Shown: positions 41,751 through 52,215 of the stretch, one piece after another
How positions within the stretch are numbered: position 1 is the first letter of the stretch
How the letters are laid out: each line of letters starts with the position of its first letter
NCBI RefSeq assembly: GCF_009914755.1
Contig: NC_060932.1
DNA: 64,000 nucleotides
Strand: one strand, 5' to 3'
Source: the human T2T-CHM13v2.0 reference genome, Homo sapiens
The notes under the pieces: generated by a model
Databases searched by the model: none
Told to the model about the DNA's origin: nothing
What the model saw: only the letters and a program-made list of their open reading frames with translations
Made by a program: the position numbers and the translations under genes

Positions 41751-42423
41751 CCTGACCAGGAGGCCTAAGACTCAGGGCCAGCCAGGAAGAAGGCTGAGCT
41801 AGGGGAGAATGATTAAAGGGGAAGTACAAAATTCACACAACCTGGCTCTGGGTGCAGTGGCAGGCTGCAGTGTGGCCGGGGCTGCTGAGGCCACCCCAGA
41901 AAAACAGCACAGTGAAAAGGACGGTGCTACCATTCAGTCCAATACCCCCTAGGTGCTTGACCTCCCACCACAAATGTCATTGGCATTGCTATCATTACTA
42001 TTTTGGAGCTGAGAAAACTAAGGTGCAGAGAAGTTAATTAACCTGCCGAGAGTCACGTGGCAGAGAAATGATTTGATCTAGAACTGGCTGACCGCAGACT
42101 CCCTGCTCAGCTACAGCTATGCTGCTTTCCCTGTGATGACCTGAGATGTCTTCCTGGCCCATGACCCTCAGCCAGCCCCCTAGGACCCTGCTAGTTTGCA
42201 GCAGTCAAAGGGGTGACCCCTTCAGGTATTCCCATTTTCAGAGGAAACACAGGAGGCCTGTAAAGGGTTCAAGACCTAAGCATTTAAGGAGGCCTTGGAG
42301 AAACACTGGAACGGCAGGAAGTAAACTGTCCTGACTCTGGCTCGGCCATTACTAGACTGTGTGACACTGAGCAAGTTGCGTGTCATCTCTGTGCCTTGTC
42401 TAAGAAATGTAGAGCTAGAGACA

Positions 42424-42606
42424 GATCAAAGAATCTTATCCAGGGCCCATGAATGGGCTTGGAGGGCCAAAAAATTCCCTAAAAATTATATACGAGAACT
42501 CCTGTGAATGGGTATTATGTACATGTGCATTTACCTGGGAAAACAGTCACAATTTTCATCAGATTCTCAATGGGGTCTGTGAGCAAAGAAGGTTTGAGAG
42601 TGGCTG
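42424..42606. mobile_element. hAT-Charlie MITE (MER103C/MER117-like) within a MIR
   Basis: TTTCATCAGATTCTCAATGGGGTCTGTGA...AAGGTTTGAGA. The MIR 3' end GATGACCTCTAAG...CCAGTTCTGACATTCT follows. Confidence 0.55.
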
Positions 42607-43437
42607 TACCCGATGACCTCTAAGTCACTTCCAGTTCTGACATTCTGAGACAGATGACTGACCCTCTAAAGAAAAAATTTCAGGACTGAAACCATGACGT
42701 TTATGCAAGTGATCTTTGGGACAGCTGTGGAGAGAGCCGTGGTCTCAGGGGGTCATTTGTATCTCTGAGCCTTCCTGCTTCTCACCTGATGACAGGTATT
42801 CTTATGCAGGTTTGTATGGTTAAAATACCAGGAGAAAGGACTGCCTGTAGTTGACTCTGGTGAAAGGAGGCCCTGGAAGCCCCCCAGACTCAGACCCTGG
42901 GGTAGTATTTCACTGATCATGTCACCAGGCATCACTTTAACTGTTTGTCAATCTCCCCTGAACCAAGCCAGGGCTTCCTCTAGCTAGGTCTCTAAGGATA
43001 GTGACAGGGTCCTCTGTAGAAGTTCCAGTCAGCGCTGGAAAATTGGCCCAGGCCTTCTTGGAGAACCCGAACACCATACTGTACTGGGTGAGAGGGAGGA
43101 AAATCTTACTCTTGTTTATCCCATTTGGTTCTTATTGCCCATATGTCTGTTCTAAGGTCAGATCAGGTTAAAATAGCCATCATCTTTCTCCCTGATGAGA
43201 AAGAAGAGGGAGTTGTCACAAATTAACATTACAAGCTGTAAGAGGGTAAGAAGTGGTCATGGAAGGAAAGGACTTCTGTCTGCCTTGCACTGTGACAATG
43301 AGGATGTTCAGGGTTGGTTCTAAGTCTAAGAGTCTCAGATTTATTTGGATTGACTGGCAAAACTATGCTCTTCACCCCAGAGTGCATCCCTAGTCATTTT
43401 GAGAAAACCTGGTGATTCAAAGCCCCAGCAAGATAGC

Positions 43438-46400
43438 CCACCTTCTACCGCCCTACCTCCCCTCCATCTACCACCCCACCTCCCTCCCCACATCCCCACC
43501 TCCCCACACCTCCCACCACCCCACCTCCCCCCCGACCTCCAACCACCCCACCTCCCACCTTCCACCACCCCACCTCCCCCCACCTTCCACCACCCCACCT
43601 CCCCCCACCTTCCACCACCCCACCTCCCCTCCACCTTCCACCACCCCACCTCCCCCTACCCCACCTCCCCACCTTCCACCACCCCATCTCCCCCCAACCT
43701 TCCACCACCCCACCTTCCCCTACCCCACCTCCCCACCTTCCACCACCCCACCTCCCCCACACCTTCCACCTCCCCACCTTCCACCACCCCACCTCCACTC
43801 CACCTTCCACCACCCCACCTCCCCCCCACCTTCCACCTCCCCACCTTCCACCACCCCACCTCCCCTCCACCTTCCACCACCCCACCTTCCCCTACCCCAC
43901 CTCCCCACCTTCCACCACCCCACCTCCCCCTCACCTTCCACCACCCCACCTCCCCCCCACCTTCCACCTCCCCACCTTCCACCACCCCACCTCCCACCAC
44001 CCCACCTCCCCTCCACCTTCCACCACCCCACCTCCCCCCCACCTTCCACCTCCCCACCTTCCACCACCCCACCTCCCCTCCACCTTCCACCTCCCCACCT
44101 CCCCCCCACCTTCCACCTCCCCACCTTCCACCACCCCACCTCCACTCCACCTTCCACCACCCCACCTCCCCCCCACCTTCCACCTCCCCACCTTCCACCA
44201 CCCCACCTCCCCTCCACCTTCCACCACCCCACCTTCCCCTACCCCACCTCCCCACCTTCCACCACCCCACCTCCCCCTCACCTTCCACCACCCCACCTCC
44301 CCCCCACCTTCCACCTCCCCACCTTCCACCACCCCACCTCCCACCACCCCACCTCCCCTCCACCTTCCACCACCCCACCTCCCCCCCACCTTCCACCTCC
44401 CCACCTTCCACCACCCCACCTCCCCTCCACCTTCCACCTCCCCACCTCCCCCCCACCTTCCACCTCCCCACCTTCCACCACCCCACCTCCACTCCACCTT
44501 CCACCACCCCACCTCCCCCCCACCTTCCACCTCCCCACCTTCCACCACCCCACCTCCCCTCCACCTTCCACCACCCCACCTTCCCCTACCCCACCTCCCC
44601 ACCTTCCACCACCCCACCTCCCCCTCACCTTCCACCACCCCACCTCCCCCCCACCTTCCACCTCCCCACCTTCCACCACCCCACCTCCCACCACCCCACC
44701 TCCCCTCCACCTTCCACCACCCCACCTCCCCCCCACCTTCCACCTCCCCACCTTCCACCACCCCACCTCCCCTCCACCTTCCACCACCCCACCTCCCCCC
44801 CACCTTCCACCTCCCCACCTTCCACCACCCCACCTCCCCCCCACCTTCCACCTCCCCACCTTCCACCACCCCACCTCCCCCCCACCTTCCACCACCCCAC
44901 CTCCCCCCTACCTTCCACCTCCCCACCTTCCACCACCCCACCTCCCCCCCACCTTCCACCTCCCCACCTTCCACCACCCCACCTCCCCCCCACCTTCCAC
45001 CACCCCACCTCCCCCCTACCTTCCACCTCCCCACCTTCCACCACCCCACCTCCCCCCTACCTTCCACCTCCCCACCTTCCACCACCCCACCTCCCCCCCA
45101 CCTTCCACCTCCCCACCTTCCACCACCCCACCTCCCCCCCACCTTCCACCACCCCACCTCCCCCCTACCTTCCACCTCCTCACCTTCCACCACCCCACCT
45201 CCCCCCCACCTTCCACCACCCCACCTCCCCCCTACCTTCCACCTCCCCACCTTCCACCACCCCACCTCCCCCCTACCTTCCACCTCCTCACCTTCCACCA
45301 CCCCACCTCCCCCCCACCTTCCACCACCCCACCTCCCCCCCACCTTCCACCTCCCCACCTTCCACCACCCCACCTCCCCCCCACCTTCCACCACCCCACC
45401 TCCCCCCTACCTTCCACCTCCCCACCTTCCACCACCCCACCTCCCCCCCACCTTCCACCTCCCCACCTTCCACCACCCCACCTCCCCCCCACCTTCCACC
45501 ACCCCACCTCCCCCCTACCTTCCACCTCCTCACCTTCCACCACCCCACCTCCCCCCCACCTTCCACCACCCCACCTCCCCCCTACCTTCCACCTCCCCAC
45601 CTTCCACCACCCCACCTCCCCTCCACCTTCCACCACCCCACCTCCCCCCCACCTTCCACCTCCCCACCTTCCACCACCCCACCTCCCCCCCACCTTCCAC
45701 CACCCCACCTCCCCTCCACCTTCCACCTCCCCACCTTCCACCACCCCACCTCCCCTCCACCTTCCACCAGCCCACCTCCCCTCCACCTTCCACCTCCCCA
45801 CCTTCCACCACCCCACCTCCCCTCCACCTTCCACCACCCCACCTCCCCTCCACCTTCCACCACCCCACCTCCCCCCCACCTTCCACCTCCCCACCTTCCA
45901 CCACCCCACCTCCCCTCCACCTTCCACCACCCCACCTCCCCCCCACCTTCCACCTCCCCACCTTCCACCACCCCACCTCCCCCTCACCTTCCACCACCCC
46001 ACCTCCCCCTACCCCACCTCCCCACCTTCCACCACCCCACCTCCCCCCTACCTTCCACCACCCCACCTTCCCCTACCCCACCTCCCCACCTTCCACCACC
46101 CCACCTCCCCCTCACCTTCCACCACCCCACCTCCCCTCCACCTTCCACCACCCCACCTCCCCTCCACCTTCCACCACCCCACCTCCCCCCCACCTTCCAC
46201 CTCCCCACCTTCCACCACCCCACCTCCCCCCCACCTTCCACCACCCCACCTCCCCCCCACCTTCCACCTCCCCACCTCCCCTCCACCTTCCACCACCCCA
46301 CCTCCCCGCCACCTTCCACCTCCCCACCTTCCACCTCCCCACCTCCCACCACCCCACCTCCCCACCTCCCACCACCCCACTTCCCCCCAACCTCCAACCA

Positions 46401-47595
46401 CCCCACCTCACCCCTATCTTCCACCACCCCACCTCCCACCAACCTTCCACCACCCCACCTCCCTCCCCACCTTCCACCACCCACCTCCCTCCCCACATCC
46501 CCACCTCCCCACACCTCCCACCACCCCACCTCCCCCTACCCCACCTCCCCACCTTCCACCACCCCGCCTCCCCACCTCCCACCACCCCACTTTCCCCCCA
46601 CCTTCCACCACCCCACCTCCCCCCGACCTCCCACCACCCCACTTCCCCCCGACCTTCCACCACCCCACCTCCCCCCGACCTCCCACCACCCCACCTCACC
46701 CCCACCTCCCACTACTCCACCTCCCCACAACCTTCCACCACCCCACCTCCCTCCCCACCTTCCACCACCCCACCTTCCTCCCCACCTTCCACCACCCACC
46801 TCCCTCCCCACATCCCCACCTCCCCACATCTCCCACCACCCCACCTCCCCCCGACCTCCTACCACCCCACACCTCCCACCCCACCTCCCCCTGACCTCCC
46901 ACCACCCCATCTTCCACCACCCCACCTCCCCCCACCTTCCACCACCCCACCTCCCCCCACCTTCCACCACCCCACCTCCCCATCTTCCACCACCCCACCT
47001 CCCCACCTCTCACCACCCCACCTCCCCCCCCACCTCCCACCACCCCACCTCCCCCCCCACCTCCCACCACCCCACCTCCCCCCACCTCCCACCACCCCAC
47101 CTCCCCCCACCTCCCACCACCCCACCTCCCCCTGACCTCCCACCACCCCACACCTCCCACCACCCCACCTCCCCCTGACCTCCCACCACCCCACCTTCCA
47201 CCACCCCACCTTCCCCCACCTTCCACCACCCCACCTCCCCCCGACCTTCCACCACCCCACCTCCCCCCACTTTCACCACCCCACCTCCCCCCTACCTTCC
47301 ACCACCCCCAACCTTCCACCACCCCACCTCCCCCCACCTTCCACCACTTTACCTCTCCCCCACCTTCCACCACCCCACTTCCCCCCAACCTTCCACCACC
47401 CCACCTCCCCCCCACCTTCCACCACCGCACCTCCACCCCACCTTCCACCACCCCACCTCCCCTCCACCTTCCACCACCACCCCACCTCCTCCCCACCTTC
47501 CACCACCCCATCTCCTTCCCATCATCCACCAAGCCCACCTCCTCCCCACCATCCTCCAAGCCCACCTTGCACTATCCCACCTCCTACCTCCCACC
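43438..47595. repeat. ~4.15-kb complex CCACC/GGTGG tandem array (VNTR-like)
   Basis: Built from CCACCTT, CCACCACC and CCACCTC(n) blocks. Homogeneous core with divergent edges; plus strand nearly devoid of G. Confidence 0.97.
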
Positions 47596-48212
47596 TGGTT
47601 GGAATCTTCAGCTGATGGTACCTGGAACCTGTGCCATGTCTTCACTGCACCCCTCCAAGCACAGAGTGGGAGCTGGAGATGTGCTTGGGTACCAGGTAGC
47701 ACCACCAGGCAGGCTGGGGCAATGTCTGGACCAAGAGGAATGACTTTATGCTGTGTCACTTTCATTAATGTAAGTTAATAGGATATCATTTCATAATGAC
47801 TTGACTTTCTTACTTTGCAAATACTAATAGAACATGAAATTTGCTCAAGTTTCCCTAAAATGTGTGTCAATATCACCTGGGATTTGAAAATGAAATTCTT
47901 AATAGGTCTCCAGGTCAGCCAATGCCCAGCAGTCCAGGAAGCCCAGTCTGGCTAGCTTATGCTGTTGGCTGATGTTGAGAACATGAGATTTAGGGATCTG
48001 TAGACATGCTCTGAAGCTTCAGAGTCCACCCAGGATTAAGCAGGCAAGGAGAGAGGGTTTGATCCTAAAGGGTATGATGAAAGGAAACAGACAGTATATG
48101 GTAGCAGGAAGGCACTCCCGGGTTCAATAAGCAGTGACCCACAAAAAAGGTAGGTGATGGGATTCAGAGACAGTGATATGGAAATGTGAGAAGACAAACA
48201 GGTGACCATCAC

Positions 48213-48627
48213 TGTGTCAGTCCATTTTGCACTGCCATAAAGGGATACCTGAGGCTGAGTAATTTATAAAGATCTTTTATTTGTTTGGTTTATTTGGTTC
48301 ATAGTTCTGCAGGCTGTCCAAGAAGCATGGCACCAGCATCTGCTTCTGGTGAGGGTCTCAGGAAACTTTTACTTATGGTGGAAGGTGAAGGGGGAGCAGG
48401 CTTGTCATATGGCAAGAGAGACAAGAGGAGGTACCAGGCTCTTTTTAACATTCAGATCTTGGGGTAATTAATAGACTGAGAATTTACTCATTACTGTGAG
48501 GACAGCACCAAGCCATCCATGAGATCCACCCTCATAACTGAAACTCCTCCCACCAGGCCTCACCTCCAACACTGGAAATCACATTTCAACATGAGATTTG
48601 GAGGGGACAAACATCCAAACTATATCA
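48213..48627 (-). mobile_element. MaLR solo LTR, MSTB-like
   Basis: TGTGTCAGTCCATTTTGC...GCATGGCACCAGCATCTGCTTCTGGTGAGGG...GGGGACAAACATCCAAACTATATCA. Confidence 0.9.
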
Positions 48628-48667
48628 ACCATCAACTCCAAAGATTGGTAAAGAAAGCAAAGTGGGG

Positions 48668-48990
48668 GGCCAGGTGCAGTGGCTCACTCCTGTAATCCCA
48701 GCACTTTGGGAGGCCGAGGTGGGGGGATCACGAGGTCAGGAGATCGAGACCATCCTGGCTAACACAGTGAAACCCTGTCTCTACTAAAAATACAAAAAAT
48801 TAGCAGTGTGAAAATGGACTAATACAATGAAAGGAGATACAGGTTTCAGAGACTCTTCTGGGGAGAGAAAGGCTGTTTGGGGAGGGGAACGAGAATCTTG
48901 CAGTGAGCCGAGATTGCACCACTGCACCACTGCACTCCAGGCTGGGCAACAGAGCAAGACTCCGTCTCAAAAAAAAGAAAAAAAGAAAAA
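48668..48990 (+). mobile_element. AluY carrying a foreign 92-bp replacement in its right arm
   Basis: AluY left arm to ...AAAAAATTAGC, non-Alu sequence 48805-48896, then Alu resumes CTTGCAGTGAGCCGAG. TSD AAAGAAAGCAA(A/G)GTGG at 48650-48665 and 48991-49006. Confidence 0.95.
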
Positions 48991-49763
48991 AAAGAAAGCA
49001 AGGTGGAAACTCAGCCCAGAGGCAATGGAGTACTGACTGGGCAAATAATCCAGACAAAGCTCCAGTCCGGGTGCTGGAGCTCACATATACCAGTGGAGGA
49101 TTAGCCTTAGAAATCACAATAAAAAGCAGTCCTGAACCGAGGTAGAAGGTCTGAGCAATGCTGGCAGCAAGTCTACCTTGAAGCTGAATTCTCTTAATTG
49201 ACTCCAAAGGCAGGACAGTCCTGAATCTAAGTTGGGTGTTAAACTATAGGTAGGGCGCAGATGGCTCCTGAGGGTGGTCCTGTAGGCTCAGATTGAGGAT
49301 GAGGAGGGAAGTAGACACAAGAGCACTGTGCAAGGAAAAAGAGAACAAAGTGAACAACTGCTTGTTAAACATGAAGGTAGAATCCAGTGCAGTTCTTCTG
49401 TGGGCCATACTGACTCCCACATGGCTGGAGCCAGATTATCAAGAAAGCCTGACAAAGATGCCCTCCACGATGCCCTGCTGTGTGAAGGGTTACTGGAAGA
49501 TGCAGACTTTCTCTCCCTAAAGGGAGACACTACAAGTGTCAAGCCCCAGGGATGCTGCAGATATTGATTCCACAAGTAAGAATGAGGAGCTCTCATTTGG
49601 TCTGTTCTGATGTCAGCCAGGGCCAGGCTGACCCAAGAAGTACCTGCCACACAGGGGTAGAGGAGTCTGGCTGTATCTGATTGAACCTGCTGTCTTCCCA
49701 AAGAGCTCCCCAATCCGTGGTGGCCTTCTCAGCCAATATGGTGATGACTTCCTAATGAAGGTG

Positions 49764-51818
49764 TGTATTAGGGTTCTCTAGAGGGACAGAACTAATAGAA
49801 TATATGTATATATGACAGGGAGTTTATTAAGGAGAATTGACTCACATGATCACAAGGTAAAGTCCCACGAAAGGCCATCTGCATGCTGAGGAGCAAGGAG
49901 GACAGTGGTGGATCAGTATGAGTTCCAAAACCTCAAAAGTAGGGAAGCCAAGAGTACAGCTTTCAGTCTGTGGCTGAAGGACTGACAGCCCCTGGCAAAT
50001 CACTGGTGTAAGTCCAAGGGTCCAAAAGCTGAAGAACTTGGAGACTGATATTCAAGGGCAGGAAGCATCTAGCACAGGAGAAAGATGGAGGCCGGAAGAC
50101 TCAGCAAGTCTGTTTTTCCATCTTCTCCTGCCTGCTTTATGGTAGCTGCGCTGGCAGCTGATTAGATGGTGCCCACCAAGATTGAGGGTGAATCTGCCTC
50201 TCCCAGTCCACTGACTCAAATGTTAATTTCCTTTGGCAACACCCTCACAGACACACCAGGAATAATACTTTGCATCCTTCAATCCAATCAAGTTGACACT
50301 CAATATTAAGGATCACAAATCCACCCCTTGTCAACTTGAACCCACACACATCACCTGAAACCATACATAATCTTCAAATAAAGACAATAATGTCATAATT
50401 ATGCCTAACATAATACAGCTATCTTTCACACAACCAGAAGTGCACTAATTCTTAACCCAAATGCTGTTATAGAAAGTTAATAGCACTTAAATGCTGATAT
50501 GAAGTCAAGAAATCTTATGTCACATGATAAAGGAAAAATAAAAGAAATAAAATGAAGGTATTAGTACAATTGTATAATATACAAACATGTTCTTAACATA
50601 AGGAAGAAATACTCATGAAAATTACCGTCCTCATTTCTGCAACTGGTCAAGTGGTCATAGCTGGTTTTGATGACTACCTTCTTTCAACTACTCATTCTGT
50701 ATTTCCTTTGCCTTCAGCAAGCACCTCAGCAGGTTGTGGTTTTTAACCTGGTGGACGGACCCAAATCTTCATTCCTGAAGGTTGTGGGCCATTTGCAGTC
50801 CTGCCTGGATTGAGTTTTTGTAGTTTCCTGTTGACCTTAATAACAGGGCATGGGATTGATGTCCTAATGGATCTTTTGTGTTCCATGTGTACTCTTCCTT
50901 ACCTCCATTGTGGAGTAATAGGCTGATTTCCTCTTGATAGTCCAGGTCAGTCACCCCAGCCAACAAGGTAACATACTTCTTAGCCTGTTGACTTAGAGGT
51001 AGGAGGAGCCCAAAATGGCCAGGTGACTTCCAGTTTCATAGAATCATTTTTGTGTCTCCTGGTGGCAGCATTCCTTCCTCTGAACTAGGACCTCTAGGCC
51101 AGTGAAAGGTAATGTTGTGGAAACAGAAGGCAAGATTTTTGCTAGTGGGTCACTATGGGTGATGGTGAGTAGTGCCACCTTCCACTTCCACCCCTTGATT
51201 CCTGGGCCCGTTAATCCTGGCTATGGGAGAAACAGTACCATAATACTGGATACTGATTCAGAGCATACACAGCCTTCTGGAGAACTTTGCCCCACTACTG
51301 CAAAGTACTGTCACCTAGTTGGTGTTGTAATTGTGACTTCAAAAGGCCATTCCACTATTCTATCAGTCCAGCTGCTTCAGAATGGTGGGGAACGAGGTAA
51401 GACCAGTGAATTCCATGAGCATGATCCCACTGTCACACTCCTTTAGCCATAAAGTGAGTGCCTTGGTCAGAGGCAATGCTGTGTGGAATACCATGATGGT
51501 GGATAAGGCATTCTGTGAGTCCACAGATGGTAGTCTTGGCAGAAACAATGTGTACAGGATAGGCAAGCTCCTATCTGGAGTGTCTATTCTGGTGAGGACA
51601 AACTGCTGCCCTTTCCATGATGCAATATAATCAACCTGCCACAAAGTAGCTGGCCGATCACCCAGAGGAATGGTGCCATATCAAGGACTCATTGTTGGTC
51701 TCTGCTACTGGCCAATCAGGCACTCAGTGGTGGCTATAGCCAGATCAGCCTTGGTGAGTGGAAGTCCATTTTGCATCCTTCAATCCAATCAAGTCGACAC
51801 TCAATATTAACCATCACA
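49764..51818 (-). mobile_element. Internally deleted HERV-L provirus (MLT2A LTRs)
   Basis: Full 3' LTR 49764-50317 with adjacent polypurine tract (minus strand AAGGGGTGGA). Internal region 50318-51768. A 50-bp 5' LTR stub at 51769-51818. TSD AGGTG at 49759-49763 and 51819-51823. Confidence 0.93.
50769..51644 (-). pseudogene. Disrupted ERV-L integrase and dUTPase remnants
   Basis: ORF fragments WQVDYI...FVLTRIDT (integrase core-like) and LAGVTDLDYQEEISLLLHNGG (dUTPase motif-like), broken by frameshifts and stops. Confidence 0.8.
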
Positions 51819-51964
51819 AGGTGCTTACAATTAGGTTCTGATTGCAGGAGTAAGGACTGGATGAGAAACTCCTCCCCACACTCTCTAGTCCTGGCACCTC
51901 AAAGTTTCTAATGTCTCTTGGCTATGATCCAATAGCCCTTGTCCTCACCTGGCAGCTTATCTGC

Positions 51965-52215
51965 TCTAGCAACAGGCATGGTGGGCAAAACATGGGCTTT
52001 AGATTCAGACCCAGGTCCAAATGCCAGTGCTCCACCGACTAGTTGTAAACTCTTGGAGTAATATAACCTGTCTGAGCTTCACTATGTTATATAATGGGGA
52101 TAATAAAACCTATTTCATTGAGTTTTAATAAAGATTCAGTAATAATGACAACATTTATTGAGCACTTACTGTATTCCATGCACTGTGCAAGTGACTTACA
52201 TAAATTATCTAAATG
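51965..52215. mobile_element. MIR followed by an opposite-strand MIR/L2 tail
   Basis: GGGCTTTAGATTCAGACCCAGGTCCAAATGCCAG...ATAATGGGGATAATAA, then AACATTTATTGAGCACTTACT. Confidence 0.7.

Noticed and set aside
40540-41800. Classical CpG island
   Set aside because: CpG is locally enriched, but the blocks are short and split by a CpG-free tract. Reported only as a candidate regulatory region.
43399-47178. 1259-aa and 1160-aa Pro/His/Thr-rich ORFs (extensin/mucin-like) and the many Gly/Trp-rich minus-strand ORFs
   Set aside because: A nearly G-free strand can barely form TAG/TGA, and TAA is not part of the repeat units, so multiple frames are open by composition. The starts are non-ATG, and the 347-bp period is not a multiple of 3.
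43438-47595. Array as CRISPR, telomeric or Ig switch repeat
   Set aside because: No unique spacers, no TTAGGG/CCCTAA and no AGCT/GAGCT units; the context is eukaryotic.
43438-47595. PRDM9-A hotspot motif CCNCCNTNNCCNC
   Set aside because: The common units I tested (e.g. CCACCTTCCACCA, CCCCCCTACCTTC) each miss one or two fixed positions. The resemblance is compositional; a PWM scan would be needed.
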